Assembly: GCA_963809695.1 (NCBI GenBank)
Contig: CAWEKI010000009.1
Span: 762,376-826,375 of the forward strand
Origin: an uncultured Bacteroidota bacterium
Lineage (GTDB): Bacteria > Bacteroidota > Ignavibacteria > UBA10030 > UBA6906
DNA length: 64,000 bases
Direction of reading: 5' to 3'
The position numbers and the translations under genes were made by a program. Positions 48,301 to 59,191 of this stretch are shown piece by piece. The number at the start of each line of letters is the position of its first letter. Positions within the stretch are counted from its first letter, which is position 1. Under the pieces are notes generated by a model that saw nothing but the letters and a program-made list of their open reading frames with translations, was not told the DNA's origin and ran no database searches.

Positions 48301-48512
48301 TGACGGTCGTCAATAGGTCTTTTGCGGACGGGAAGCGTACAGACGCAAGAACAAAACCAGGTTGGAGCTCTGCTCACCCTTACTCGAGGGCAGACGGAAG
48401 AATGAGAAGGGTAGAATAGAGTCATTCTGCCTTCTGCCCTCTACCCTCTAATGGGGAAGGGGTGAGTTCTCCGTAGATTAACCTCTAACCCCTATCACCT
48501 GGCACCTAACAC

Positions 48513-51215
48513 CTACTTCAACAGCAGCATCTTGTTTATCGCCGAGAACTGCCCCGCACGCATCCTGTAGAAATAGATCCCTGATGCCAACGGGACTCCG
48601 GCGTCACTCCGTCCGTTCCACTGCACGCTATAATATCCCGGTTCCTGAGCTCCGTTCATGAGCGTTGCCACTTCTTTGCCAAGTATGTCAAAGACCTTTA
48701 TCGTCACCTGACTGGCCACCGGCAGCTGATAGCTCACGACTGTCGTCGGATTGAACGGATTGGGATAGTTCTGCGAAAGGCCGAATGCCACCGGCACTCC
48801 CTTTCCTGTCCCTTGCGCCTTGATGGGGATCGCATGGTTGAATCCATCGCGCGCCTGTGCGGAGGAGACTCCAAGGCTTGCATTTCCTTCAAACCTGAGC
48901 CGGAGGATTTCACCGGATCCGTTGATGCAGGGCTCCTTTGAGGCGGGAAGCGCGAAGTCAACGAGGAGCCGGCCGTTTGCCTGCGTGCTCATCATGATGG
49001 GCGGGATCGTCCTCCCGTTCAGCAGGCTGCCCGGTTCAACGCCCAGGAATTTCCCATGCTGCCCGTTCAGCTCCAGCGAGAGCCCGCGCAGATCCGCGAC
49101 AGCACCGCTGAGCAGGACCGGGATCACCGTTTCTCCGCCGGCAATAACAGGCGAGCCTGTTACTACATCGATCGGCTCAACCTGCTGGACGCCTGGCTTG
49201 GCAATCTGGTGTCTTGAGCTGATGTTGTAGCTCATGGCAAAGATGAGAAGATCTTCAAAGTCGATCTTTCCATCGGCCACCGACCGGGTGAACAGGTACC
49301 CGTCCTGCGTCGGGCCGATATCGAATTTCTTCTTGTAGTTCGTCATGCCCCCCGCATAGCCGGAGACGCCTGACCAATAGCCAAGCGACCAGGCAGAAAG
49401 GTCTTCGAAATCGACCTTGCCGTCTCCGGAGGCCTCACTGCTGCCATAGACATCGGCGAGGTAGGCTCCGTGGAGTGCGTCGTGGGCGGTGACAAAGATG
49501 GAAGTCGCCGAGGGCAGACTCTCGAATGAACACCCGGTCACGGTCAAGCCGCTGCTTCCCGGTTTGATCACTTCAAGAACGATCTTCGCCACATACTGCC
49601 CCGGCGTGATGGTTGTATTACTCACCAGACTTGCAGTGAAATGGACACCCCCTCTCAATCCTGCAGTGTCAGGGATCGGGGGCACACTACTGAAGACCGA
49701 GCCGCTGAAATCCACCGATTTGTATCTGAGGACAGCGTCGTCCCAGTCGATGGTGAGGGCACAGCTGCCAAATTGGGCGCCGACTTCAGGCACAACGTAG
49801 ATCTCTTGAAGCTGTGTGCCGGTGAAGCCCCAGTCGTTCACCCGCGCCGGGTATCCTCCATCCCATCCGGCGTTCGGCCTGAACGTTGCCGAACTGGTCG
49901 CGCCTGAAGAAGAGCCCAGATAGAGATCGAATGCCCCGGCGGTTGGCTCCGCGAAGGCGAAATCGGTGAAGTGCATCGTTGTGAACGTGAACGTGTGGGC
50001 TGTGCTGTTGTAGATCCCGCCCACAGGGATCCAATCTCCGGAGGAGGCACTATAATAGAGCACGTTACTTTGCGCGCTGAAGCCCCCTATACCATTGACA
50101 TTTACCGTCACCGTGTCGCAGAAGCTGTGTGCGGGCAATGAAGATGTGATCTCAAACCAGAAAGGCAGACATGTTGCACCACCCGGAGGCGTCCACGCTG
50201 GCACGGAGGTGTGACGGGTGACGGTCACGCTCCCTCCTCCGGCAGGCAAGGTCCCAAAGCTCATTGATACACCACTCGTCGGGAAGCTATATGGCGTCCC
50301 GGTCTGCGTGACATTCGCTGTCTCGGAACCCGCCGGAGCGCCAGTCGTGAAGCTCCAGGTGGGACCCGTTATTGTAGAGATACCATCGCTCACGGTAGCA
50401 TACCATTCATACTCTGTCGAGTTTCCAAGTGAGGGCCAGGAGATGCTTGTGCTCGAACCCGATGCGACGCCCGCATTCGTTCCGAGCAATGTGAAAGGTG
50501 CGCTCGCATCCATGGTGTAGTCCAGGGTATACGGAGCCGCTCCGCCATAATTGAACTGAGGAATCGTGGGGGAGTAGGATTGTACGGTGATCTTGTTGTT
50601 CGCCGGAGAGAATGTGAGAATTCTCAGCCAGCCATCCCCCCCGTTGCTATCCTGGTAGTCGGACAGAATGGAATAGACGGGGTCCATGCCCGTGCGGGTA
50701 TCAGTTTTTTTCGCTTCGTAGCACGTATGGCCGGACAACATCAGGAAAAGATTCGGGTTGTCGCTGAGCGCGTTGTAGATGGCCGTTCCGGGAGCCGCGA
50801 AGGTTCCGGTATTAGTAAGGATCGAGTGACTGGCGACAATCGCACGCCGGGTGCTATACTCCTTGAGCCTTGCATCTGCCCAATCCAGCACTGCCGTAGT
50901 TGGTGTCTGGTCGCCAGACCCCAGATAGATGACAATGAAATCCATCCCACTGGCGGAAAAGAGCTCGAAGTTGTTGTTGTTATCCGACCCATAGTGACCG
51001 CCATAGTAGCTGCGGCCATCGAAGCGGGTGACGCCAAAGTAGTTGTTGTACAGGGTTGTCGTGTTTCCGTCAGGCAATTTGTCATGGTTGCCGATGGAGA
51101 TGCCATACGGGAGACCGGGCGACGGACTTTCCAGGATCGTCATCGCCGTGTTGGCCCTTTGCCACGACGCGTCGACATTATCGTTTGTGATGTCCCCCTC
51201 CATAATCACGGCCAC
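48513..51215 (-). CDS. C-terminal 900 aa of a giant T9SS protein: metallophosphoesterase (calcineurin-like) domain, conserved domain, cohesin-like, dockerin-like pair, CTD
   Basis: GNHDKL...LMLSGHTCYE (phosphoesterase His motifs). GDGKVDFEDLSAWSLGYW / ADGKIDFEDLLIFAMSY. The C-terminus ends NYPNPFNPTTVVSYQLP...IKVFDILGKEVATLM...YFYRMRAGQFSAINKMLLLK. Confidence 0.75.
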   Translation of the reverse strand: MAVIMEGDITNDNVDASWQRANTAMTILESPSPGLPYGISIGNHDKLPDGNTTTLYNNYFGVTRFDGRSYYGGHYGSDNNNNFELFSASGMDFIVIYLGSGDQTPTTAVLDWADARLKEYSTRRAIVASHSILTNTGTFAAPGTAIYNALSDNPNLFLMLSGHTCYEAKKTDTRTGMDPVYSILSDYQDSNGGDGWLRILTFSPANNKITVQSYSPTIPQFNYGGAAPYTLDYTMDASAPFTLLGTNAGVASGSSTSISWPSLGNSTEYEWYATVSDGISTITGPTWSFTTGAPAGSETANVTQTGTPYSFPTSGVSMSFGTLPAGGGSVTVTRHTSVPAWTPPGGATCLPFWFEITSSLPAHSFCDTVTVNVNGIGGFSAQSNVLYYSASSGDWIPVGGIYNSTAHTFTFTTMHFTDFAFAEPTAGAFDLYLGSSSGATSSATFRPNAGWDGGYPARVNDWGFTGTQLQEIYVVPEVGAQFGSCALTIDWDDAVLRYKSVDFSGSVFSSVPPIPDTAGLRGGVHFTASLVSNTTITPGQYVAKIVLEVIKPGSSGLTVTGCSFESLPSATSIFVTAHDALHGAYLADVYGSSEASGDGKVDFEDLSAWSLGYWSGVSGYAGGMTNYKKKFDIGPTQDGYLFTRSVADGKIDFEDLLIFAMSYNISSRHQIAKPGVQQVEPIDVVTGSPVIAGGETVIPVLLSGAVADLRGLSLELNGQHGKFLGVEPGSLLNGRTIPPIMMSTQANGRLLVDFALPASKEPCINGSGEILRLRFEGNASLGVSSAQARDGFNHAIPIKAQGTGKGVPVAFGLSQNYPNPFNPTTVVSYQLPVASQVTIKVFDILGKEVATLMNGAQEPGYYSVQWNGRSDAGVPLASGIYFYRMRAGQFSAINKMLLLK

Positions 51216-51330
51216 GATGTTCCGGGCGGCTGTCTGGCTGACGCACCAGTTTGTCTGCGCGGTGAATTTCGCCAGTACGATATCACTGGTGGTATAGTTC
51301 TGCGCATCGGGCAGGGCAACGATCGTGAAG

Positions 51331-53577
51331 TCAGCGCCGGCACGCTGCCTGTTTTGGACGACCGTAGAACTTCACGGTCATGGCATCCGCTTCGGGATCG
51401 GTCACGGTGACCTGGCATGTGGGCGACGTGGTAACTCCCGTGGCGCCATTCGCCGGGCCGACCAGCGTCGGTTGGGCCGGGGGCTGATTGAAATTAATAT
51501 TGAAAGGTGCACCCGTTGCTGACCAACTCCAACCGCTTCCTGTGATCGCGCCGTCGAGGGGCGTTCCCGCAGTACTGTGCACGGTGCTTGCGGTGCCTTC
51601 GTTCAAAGCCCAGCGCCCGACAAGCCCTGTTGCCGAGGTCACTTCCTGATTTATCGTTGATCGAATCTCATTCTGAGACCGCGCATAATTCCAGATGCGG
51701 ACTTCGTCCAGAGTCCCGTTGAAGAAACCCTGCGCTGTGCCATTGAAGAAAGACGTGCCCAGGGCTGCATATTGAATGCTCCCCGCTTCAGGCGTTGCAT
51801 TTGCTACTGTAGTATCCTCCAACTGCCCGTTGAGATAAAGCCACCACGTGGTACCGTCAAACACCGCCGCAGCGTGATACCAGACTCCGGTGACAATCGT
51901 TGTCTGGCCGAAAACTGGATGGTTCAAGCCCGAGGCCGCGTCTTCAAAGTCAGCCGCAATGACGTTATTCGTGGCGTCGATGCAGAGGAAATAGTTGACG
52001 TTCACGTTCGCAGGTGAATCAGCTCCGGACCCCCCCTTTGTAACGAGAGGGATCGCTGTCGTGGCACCTCCGCTTCCCGTAGACGCCGTTACCCCGGGGC
52101 CTTCTCTTCGAAACCATGTCTCCAGGGTGAATGTGGCGAGTTTGAGCGCGGCTGCATCACCAAACGTGACATACGCGGTGCTCGACCCGAATCGAAGGGC
52201 GTTAATATAGAGGACGTTACCGCTGACCGCCACATTCTTTGTCGAAGCCCCGCCGCTTATGTGAGTAATGTTTCCGCCGAAGGAGCCCTCCGTGGCGCTG
52301 TTGAGGCGCACGTAGACGGTCGTCGATGATACTGTGCCGCCCGTTTGGTTCAGCGTCAGTCCCGAAAGATAAGTTGTGCCGTTGGTGGAAAGCTCAAAGC
52401 CGGTTGGCGCGGTGATGCTGATATTGTCCGTCAGATTGCTGCCAGCAACCGAATATGTCTGGGCAGAGGAGGGGACACCTGGCTGAGCGCTGAACGGTGT
52501 CAATGTGCCGCTTATGGTAATCGTTGGATCAGTGGACGCAGTGTACGTGATGTTGAGCTTTGGTCTGATCGACACGATAGAGGTTTCACGGGAAGCGACT
52601 TTCCAGTAATCAGAGGTGGTTCCGGTCCCCATGTACTGGACAGTCAGACCATAATTGCTGAGGGTCGCATTGACCCATCCCTGGACAACAGATACGCCGC
52701 TGGCATTCAGTGGTATGGTCACATTCCCGGTAGCACCAAAGGTGCTGGCGGTTGCATCCCAAAGGTCGGTGTCGTAACGATCAGACGTCGTATTCATTGC
52801 GCCGGCTGAGCCCCATGCGTTGGACCCGTCGTACGTGTTCCAGTTTGCACTCGTTGTGGTCACCGCGTCATTCGCGGTTCCCTCAACCCAGGCCCGTCTC
52901 ATGTTGTACAGGCTGAGATCAAATGCTGAAGCGTCTGATACATTGAACGTGAGACTGGCAGCCGTGACCGAAGCGCCTGCGGGAACGCTGGACACGTCCC
53001 AGCGGTACAAGGAGTTTTGCCGGCTAGTCGTGTTCGGGCTGACCTGATTGGTCGTGGTGCCGCCATAGCCCCTTGTTACCTGACTCTGCCTCAGCCAGGT
53101 ATCCGCCGAAGCAACCAGGTTCACAGTTTGAGTCAGAGCTACGGTACCGCTGACGGCAACGTTTTGTGTGGTCGCGCCGCTGCTGGCGTGCGAAATATCG
53201 CCGCTGAATGGGCCTTCCGTGGCACTGTTGAGGCGGACATACACGGTGGTGGCAGAAACTGTGCCGCCGGATTGGGGCAACGTCAGGCCGGGGAAATAGT
53301 TGGTCCCATTGGTGGAGAGCTCAAAGCCGGTCGGTGCCGTAATGCTAATGTCCGCTGTGAGACTGCCGCCGGAGACGGAGTAGGTCTGTGCATCGGAGGG
53401 CACACCGGGCTGAGCTGTAAACGCCGACAACGCTCCACTTATGGTGATTGTGGGCCCGGAATAGATAGCCACATATGCGTTGTCTGCATCACCTGGTTGA
53501 GTGCCGTAATTCTTGAAACCCAGGGTACATAGAGGCGGCCGAGAAGTACCGAGCTGCAGGAGCATTGGTGGTCCCAA
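51331..53577 (-). CDS. upstream 748-aa portion of the same gene: two Ig-like/BACON-like repeat units, a DNRLRE-like domain, LamG, and the start of the phosphoesterase domain
   Basis: The 105-aa unit TITISG-x-L-x-x-F-x-A-Q-P-G-V-P-S-x-A-Q-T-Y-S-V-x-G-x-x-L-T-x-x-I-S-I-T-A-P-T-G-F-E-L-S-T-N-G-T occurs twice. LamG (FTLETWFRREGPG...WYHAAAVFDGTTWWLYLNG). A frameshift near 51350 links it to 48513..51215; the alternative frame reads ADFTIVALPDAQNYTTSDIV...AVIMEGDI. Confidence 0.7.
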   Translation of the reverse strand: MGPPMLLQLGTSRPPLCTLGFKNYGTQPGDADNAYVAIYSGPTITISGALSAFTAQPGVPSDAQTYSVSGGSLTADISITAPTGFELSTNGTNYFPGLTLPQSGGTVSATTVYVRLNSATEGPFSGDISHASSGATTQNVAVSGTVALTQTVNLVASADTWLRQSQVTRGYGGTTTNQVSPNTTSRQNSLYRWDVSSVPAGASVTAASLTFNVSDASAFDLSLYNMRRAWVEGTANDAVTTTSANWNTYDGSNAWGSAGAMNTTSDRYDTDLWDATASTFGATGNVTIPLNASGVSVVQGWVNATLSNYGLTVQYMGTGTTSDYWKVASRETSIVSIRPKLNITYTASTDPTITISGTLTPFSAQPGVPSSAQTYSVAGSNLTDNISITAPTGFELSTNGTTYLSGLTLNQTGGTVSSTTVYVRLNSATEGSFGGNITHISGGASTKNVAVSGNVLYINALRFGSSTAYVTFGDAAALKLATFTLETWFRREGPGVTASTGSGGATTAIPLVTKGGSGADSPANVNVNYFLCIDATNNVIAADFEDAASGLNHPVFGQTTIVTGVWYHAAAVFDGTTWWLYLNGQLEDTTVANATPEAGSIQYAALGTSFFNGTAQGFFNGTLDEVRIWNYARSQNEIRSTINQEVTSATGLVGRWALNEGTASTVHSTAGTPLDGAITGSGWSWSATGAPFNINFNQPPAQPTLVGPANGATGVTTSPTCQVTVTDPEADAMTVKFYGRPKQAACRR

Positions 53578-53592
53578 GGGTGCTGGTGTTGG

Positions 53593-54218
53593 CTATGGAT
53601 CCGGTAACAACTTACGGTGCTCGGATTGCCTGATCACATCGAGAAGAGTCAGGGAGACGTCGATCTGTGCCGCGTTGTCTGAAAGCTTCGTGAACTCCGC
53701 CCGCAACCGATACCAGGTGCTGGCCGTCAGTGTAGGCAAAGCTGACAATGGTTGGATAGACTTTCGTTCCTGCAGCATTTATCCAATACCCCTCGATATT
53801 AATAGGCGATGCGGACTGTTCCCACCGGATCCAGCTGAACACCAAAAATACTGTCCGAACTGATACTCGAGGGTCTAATCATCCATCCAATCCGATCGTC
53901 GTCGAAATATCCGTTTGTACTGGTCTTGAAGTCCAACTGCATGACAATCTTCTGGAACGACGCATCGGTCCATGTAAATTGATGGGCGGGCCACGTGAAC
54001 ATGTCACTAGAGGTCCCAAGCCCATTTGTTCCTGCGACACAAGATCCTATAGCTGTAGGGCCTCCCGCTCCAGCGTACCACCCGGTAACAGCGCCAATCC
54101 TGGGTGCCAACGGTAAGTCCATTGAAGTCCTCAGTCGATACAGACTGCGCCCATGACGTTCGCGCTCACGAGGACCACGATCATCAATGCCAACAAAACG
54201 AGTGAGTACTTTTTCATG
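53593..54218 (-). pseudogene. N-terminal region of the same giant gene: signal peptide (MKKYSLVLLALMIVVLVSANVMGA at 54218) plus a first domain, scattered over three frames
   Basis: Fragments FQKIVMQLDFKTSTNGYFDDDRIGWMIRPSSISSDSIFGVQLDP, INIEGYWINAAGTKVY and STWYRLRAEFTKLSDNAAQIDVSLTLLDVIRQ align in the same order to the intact paralogous domain at the N-terminus of ORF 58995..62909 (LQKVALGMDFQTSPAGLLDDDRVCWTILNN...SAWYRIRAEITKLTASSASIAVTLNAID). Confidence 0.5.
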
Positions 54219-54540
54219 ATTGTTCCCTTAGGAATTTTTCGTCTGGTGACCAGCTCAGACTGCTGGTGCGGGAATCTGGAGCCTGGATTCTACGTTCATC
54301 GCGCCCTCTGCAGCGTCAGGACGCGATGAATGGAGAATACAGAATGTCCTCTAAAATCAGCAGGCAATAATTACACTCGTTACTACTGCCCCCCCCTCTT
54401 TCTTCAATCCTCCCTTTTCCATTTTTCTTCCCTCCCCCATTTTCCATCCTCCGAGGGCAGAAGGAAGAGTGAGGAGGGGAGTATAGTTATTCCCCCTCCT
54501 GCACTCCGCCTTCTAACCCCTATCACCTAGCAACTATCAC

Positions 54541-56178
54541 CTACTTCAAAAGCACCATCTTCTTGATCGCACTGAATTCTCCCGCCCGCATCCTGTAGAA
54601 GTAGATCCCGCTCGTCACCTGGACGCCGGCGTTGTTCATGCCGTTCCATTCCACGGTGTGGACGCCCGCTTCACGCACTTCGTTCACCAGCAGCGCCACT
54701 TCCTCGCCCAGCAGGTTGTACACGCGAACCTCCACGTTGGCCTGCGAGGGGAGCTGGAACTGGATCGACGTCGTCGGGTTGAACGGGTTCGGATAGTTCT
54801 GGTCCAATGCGAAGGCCACCGGGATTTCCTTCTCTGGTACCTTCACGTTTATAGCCAGCGATGCATTTGTGCTCGAACGAGCTTCTGCCCTGCCCACCTG
54901 CACCGACGCTGAACCCGCAAAGCGCAACACCACCAGCTCGCCGTTGCCCGCTATTCCCTTGGCGCTCAGGCCGGCGATTGCGAGATCAACATCGACCCGG
55001 CCGTTCGAACCGTTGCTCATCAGCATGACCGGCGTGGAATAACCCTGCAACAGCGTTCCCTTTTCGACTCCTATGAGCCTGCCGAATTTCCCGCTTGCGG
55101 TGATCGACATCGCACGGACATCCTGCACGTCCCCTGTGATCAGCACCGGGATACGCGTCTCGCCGTTCAACACGGATGGCGTGCCCGTGGCGATCGTCAT
55201 CCCCTGGCTTGCTGTGACCGCCCGCTTGGGAAGATGGAACTCGTTGCTCTGGCCATATGCAAGCGAGAACAGGACCAGGTCTTCGAAGTTGATCATTCCG
55301 TCAGGCACCGGGAGCGATTTCGTCGATCCATTTTGCGTCGGACCGATATCGTATTTCACCTTGTAGTTCGCCATGCCGGGAGCATACCCGGGGACCCCCG
55401 ACCAATACGAGAGCGACCAGACCACAAGATCTTCGAAGTCGATCTTGCCGTCTCCCGTCGATCCTCCGGCGATGGTCGCAAAATCGCCCAGGTACGCCTT
55501 CACATGGCCGACGTGCGGAGTGATGAAGACGTTTGCCGGCGGATTGCTGGGAACGTACGCGCGCATGTCGGAGGTGATGACGGACACCGGGCTGTAGCCG
55601 GGTTTCAGGAGCGTAAAGATTAGCCCAGCGATGTGATCTCCTGCTGCCGTGTTGAAGTTCGTGTTGTCCATACGGCTGCAATTGAGGGTTACACGCCCAG
55701 CGTTCCCGAGCTGATCGTACAGCACGGTGACAGGATACGCATGATCGCTGCTGAACAACCCGTTCGGGCTTCCGGCGCTGCCCCAATCAACATCGTCAAG
55801 ATGCATGACGGTCGAATCCCACTCCACAGTCAGGTTGCAGACGCCAAAAGCGCTTCCCGGCTGCGGGGCAAGATACACCGTCACCGGCTGCGAGCCTGTC
55901 CATGACCAGTCGTTCGGTTCATAGCCCGTCGGCGCGCCCCATGCCGTATTCGGATATATCACGTTTGCCATGGGTATCGGCAGGCGCGGTATCGACATAC
56001 AGCTCAAACACGCTGCCCGCCGGATTGGCAAATCCGAACTCGCTGAAATGCATCGTGGTAAATGTGAACGTGTGAGTGCCGGCGTTATATGTACCCGGCA
56101 TCGCAGTCCACGCAGAGCCGCCTGTAGAGTGGCCCAACAGACGCGATGTGGAGCTGAATCCCGAGATCCCGCTGACAT
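54541..56178 (-). CDS. C-terminal 545 aa of a giant T9SS protein: conserved domain, cohesin-like, dockerin-like pair, CTD
   Basis: GDGKIDFEDLVVWSLSYWSG / PDGMINFEDLVLFSLAYG. The C-terminus ends NYPNPFNPTTSIQFQLP...VRVYNLLGEEVALLV...YFYRMRAGEFSAIKKMVLLK. A frameshift near 55950 links it to ORF 55919..59191. Confidence 0.75.
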   Translation of the reverse strand: MSAGSRDSAPHRVCWATLQAALRGLRCRVHITPALTRSHLPRCISASSDLPIRRAACLSCMSIPRLPIPMANVIYPNTAWGAPTGYEPNDWSWTGSQPVTVYLAPQPGSAFGVCNLTVEWDSTVMHLDDVDWGSAGSPNGLFSSDHAYPVTVLYDQLGNAGRVTLNCSRMDNTNFNTAAGDHIAGLIFTLLKPGYSPVSVITSDMRAYVPSNPPANVFITPHVGHVKAYLGDFATIAGGSTGDGKIDFEDLVVWSLSYWSGVPGYAPGMANYKVKYDIGPTQNGSTKSLPVPDGMINFEDLVLFSLAYGQSNEFHLPKRAVTASQGMTIATGTPSVLNGETRIPVLITGDVQDVRAMSITASGKFGRLIGVEKGTLLQGYSTPVMLMSNGSNGRVDVDLAIAGLSAKGIAGNGELVVLRFAGSASVQVGRAEARSSTNASLAINVKVPEKEIPVAFALDQNYPNPFNPTTSIQFQLPSQANVEVRVYNLLGEEVALLVNEVREAGVHTVEWNGMNNAGVQVTSGIYFYRMRAGEFSAIKKMVLLK

Positions 56179-59100
56179 CCAGCGTGATCAGAGCCACAAA
56201 GCTGTTCGGCGGCATGGTCGAGGAGATCTCAAACCATATCGGAACGTAGCTCGCACCCGCAGGCGGGTTCGGGAATGTCGGCGGACCGCCGGGCAACGCC
56301 TCGTGCCGCGTGATTGTGACGCTGCCGCCTCCAGGAGGAAGCGTGCTGAGATTCACAATGGCCATCGAACCCGGGAAGTTCACGTCGGTGTTGGCCTGCG
56401 TGATCACCTTGGTCTCGCTCTCGCTTGCCGCAGCATGCGTGGCAAGACGGAATGCCCACATCGCGTATCCCTTGGTGTTCTGGGTCCCGCTCCCGAGGGT
56501 GTTATCCCATTCGGATGTAACCGAGAACGAACCATCCGCTCCAGGATTGACGCCCGTCCACCGCGCAACATAGCCGTTCACGGTGTTGTAGCCGACGGAG
56601 AACGAAACGGATGCCGGCGAATTCACCACAACGCCCGCGCTGCTCGCATTGGAAAATGCCGTCGCCCCGGAGATAGTGACCTTTGTATAGCGTGCATTCA
56701 CATATGTGGGCTCGTTGCGATTCGACGTTAACGCGATGTCGTATTCCTTTGCCGGATCAAGATTGTTGAACGTAATGGTGTTTTGCCAGTTCGTGGCATC
56801 CAGCTCGATGGTACGGACCTGGTCCACGATGACCGCGCCGGCGGGGCCGAACAGCTTTGCCGCGTCCGTGCCTGCATTTGCAGGCCCGCCATTACTGGTC
56901 AGCGCGTCATAACCGCCGACGGTGCTGCCTGTCACCGTTGCCGGGAGTGTCGCTCCCGTGGCACTGTCCTTCAATGCGCCATTCACGGTGGTGTAGAGGT
57001 GCCGGGTAACAAATGACGCGTTGCCGTCACCCGCGACTCCGTTCATGTCGTTGAATGCCACGAACTCTGTCGGCTGCGCCGAAGCCTTTGCGCCATACAG
57101 GCGCATGTTGAAGCCGAGGTCGCTGCTCGTGGCGTTGATCTGATGGATCTCCACCGCCAGCACGTTCGCGCCGGCGACCAGAGCCGAAGTGGCAAGAGGC
57201 GGAGAGACAAACGTGGCCGTCTCATCCGCATCGCCCACGGTGGCAGATGCCAGGGTACTGTAGTTGACTGTTCCGGCAGGCATGTTGTCGCGCCAGATCT
57301 CCGTGCCGTTCAGATAAATTACCGCGCCGTCATCACGGATCAGATCGATCCCGAGCGTAGCAAACTGGCTCGGGTCCGTAACGCTGAAGGACGTGCGGAA
57401 GTAGATGGTGGGGTAGCGTGCGTTCGTCGGCCCGCCGTTGACGAGCGTGGCCTGAGTGTCTCCGAACCCGAGCCGCGCAGGGCCGGAAGCCCAGCTGGCG
57501 TCATTGAAGGCGGGTGCCCGCCAGGCTGTCCCCTGGTCCACTCCGGTGTCCAGGTATTTCCACGTGGCTCCAAGGGGAACGAATGTGGTGGTGTCTCCCG
57601 CGAAGATCGATGTGAACGTGGCGGTGACCGACTTGTTGCTGGTCATCGTGATGTTGGTGGGATTCGCGATACCGGTCAAAGCACCGGACCAGCCGGTGAA
57701 TTCAAACCCCGGCGATGCTGTTGCTGTCAGTTGCACAACGGCGTCGGGATCATACCCCGCCAGGTTGGGGTTCTTCACTACCGAACCGCTGCCTACCACA
57801 TTCACGGCCAGGAAGTACTTGCCTTCCAGCTTGGCCAGTTGCATGGTGTCAATCAGAGTCCCGCCACTGGTGATAGAGTAGAAGCGGAAGGTAAGAGTTG
57901 TGTCGGTGGCAATGGCATACACCGTTCCGTAATTGGCATTGTAGCGAACCACGCTTCCTGTGGTCGGTGTGCCAAAGCTGTAGAGATTGTTCCCGCCGCT
58001 GCCACAGATGATGTACGGGATAGACAGGCCGTCCCCGTTCACATCGCGTACAATGCGTTCGTAGTGGTGCTCATGCCCGCCGAGAACCGCATCTGCGCCC
58101 CACGCCTCAAACGGCCACGCCATTTCGGGAGTTGGCCCGTGCGTCGTGCCCGAGGAATATGGAGGCTGATGGAAGTAGACCACTTTCCATGGTTCGGTGG
58201 CGGCGGCCAGGCGCGCCTGCAGCCACTGCCCTTGCACGGAGCCGCTTGTGCGGCCGTTCGGTTCGTTCGGATCGGAATCCAATGCGAAGAAATGCACCGG
58301 CCCCATCACGAAGTCATAATAGCGCTCGTTGCCGGAGCTGTTGGTAAAGCCTACCCCAGGGAGGGTAAAGTAGTCAATGTACGGCTGCATGTTGGCGGCA
58401 TCCCATTCATGGTTGCCCGGCGAAGGGAAGAACCGGTTCGTTGGAGAGCCGGCCCCGTAGCTTCCCGTGTACGCTCCAATGAGATTGTGGAAGTATTGCC
58501 CGACATTGGCATCCATGGTCGAAGCCGCCCCGTTGGGATAGTTGTTATCACCCATGGTGACCATCATATCGGGGTTGAGCGACGTTATGAGATTGGCGAC
58601 GTTGGCCTCGTTCGTGTTGTTGATGCCAAAATCGCCGAGCGCCGTAAATGTGAGCGGCGCGCCAGGAGGCCCGGGCACAAATGTCGCCGTTACCGTTTTG
58701 TTGCTGTTCATCGCAATGCTCTGGGGATTGGTCGTCCCCGTTATGGCGCCAGACCATGCGCTGAAGACATTCCCGTAGAACGGCACTGCCGTCAGTTGGA
58801 CGACGGACCCTGAATCATACTGTGCAAGGCTTGGGAGTCTGGTAACTGTACCGTTCCCCGTGATATTCACCGCCAGGGTAAACTGAGTAAGGGTTGTGCC
58901 GGCCATCAGGGCCTGAATTTCAGGCTGAGTGAGTGCCTCATTGTAAATCCGCACGTCATCCAGCCGGCCCTGGTACCGTTCACCCCAGGTTTCGTCAGCT
59001 CCGAGCCAGATAGCGCGGCCGCGGTTTGGAATGGTGCCTCCCTGATACGGTGTTGAAGCCGTCAGGGTTCCATTGATGTAGAATTTCATGGTCGTGCCGT

Positions 59101-59191
59101 CGTACGTGGCGGCAATGTGGTACCACGTTTGCGGCTGCAGAATCATACCCCCTGAGACGGTCCTCAATGGCCTGCATCTGTGAATCCCCAT
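55919..59191 (-). CDS. 1090-aa middle portion of the same gene: LamG tail, InlB B-repeat, metallophosphoesterase domain, B-repeats, a 125-aa beta-sandwich domain, a further uncharacterised region
   Basis: Metallophosphoesterase FTALGDFGINNTNEANVANLITSLNPDMMVTMGDNNYP...FFPSPGNHEWD...LGGHEHHYER. The repeat domain reads TFVPLGATWKYLDTGVDQGTAWRAPAFNDASWASGPARLGFGD...YPTIYFRTSF...LIRDDGAVIYLNGTEIWRDNMPAG...LAVEIHQ. It lacks its own signal peptide and begins in the middle of a LamG domain. Confidence 0.75.
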   Translation of the reverse strand: MGIHRCRPLRTVSGGMILQPQTWYHIAATYDGTTMKFYINGTLTASTPYQGGTIPNRGRAIWLGADETWGERYQGRLDDVRIYNEALTQPEIQALMAGTTLTQFTLAVNITGNGTVTRLPSLAQYDSGSVVQLTAVPFYGNVFSAWSGAITGTTNPQSIAMNSNKTVTATFVPGPPGAPLTFTALGDFGINNTNEANVANLITSLNPDMMVTMGDNNYPNGAASTMDANVGQYFHNLIGAYTGSYGAGSPTNRFFPSPGNHEWDAANMQPYIDYFTLPGVGFTNSSGNERYYDFVMGPVHFFALDSDPNEPNGRTSGSVQGQWLQARLAAATEPWKVVYFHQPPYSSGTTHGPTPEMAWPFEAWGADAVLGGHEHHYERIVRDVNGDGLSIPYIICGSGGNNLYSFGTPTTGSVVRYNANYGTVYAIATDTTLTFRFYSITSGGTLIDTMQLAKLEGKYFLAVNVVGSGSVVKNPNLAGYDPDAVVQLTATASPGFEFTGWSGALTGIANPTNITMTSNKSVTATFTSIFAGDTTTFVPLGATWKYLDTGVDQGTAWRAPAFNDASWASGPARLGFGDTQATLVNGGPTNARYPTIYFRTSFSVTDPSQFATLGIDLIRDDGAVIYLNGTEIWRDNMPAGTVNYSTLASATVGDADETATFVSPPLATSALVAGANVLAVEIHQINATSSDLGFNMRLYGAKASAQPTEFVAFNDMNGVAGDGNASFVTRHLYTTVNGALKDSATGATLPATVTGSTVGGYDALTSNGGPANAGTDAAKLFGPAGAVIVDQVRTIELDATNWQNTITFNNLDPAKEYDIALTSNRNEPTYVNARYTKVTISGATAFSNASSAGVVVNSPASVSFSVGYNTVNGYVARWTGVNPGADGSFSVTSEWDNTLGSGTQNTKGYAMWAFRLATHAAASESETKVITQANTDVNFPGSMAIVNLSTLPPGGGSVTITRHEALPGGPPTFPNPPAGASYVPIWFEISSTMPPNSFVALITLDVSGISGFSSTSRLLGHSTGGSAWTAMPGTYNAGTHTFTFTTMHFSEFGFANPAGSVFELYVDTAPADTHGKRDISEYGMGRADGL

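Noticed and set aside
57143-58813. 556-aa plus-strand ORF, along with 59538..60104, 60453..61280 and 61225..61746.
   Set aside because: All lie antisense inside the giant minus-strand gene with strong domain motifs. Their Arg/Gly/His-rich compositions mark them as shadow ORFs.
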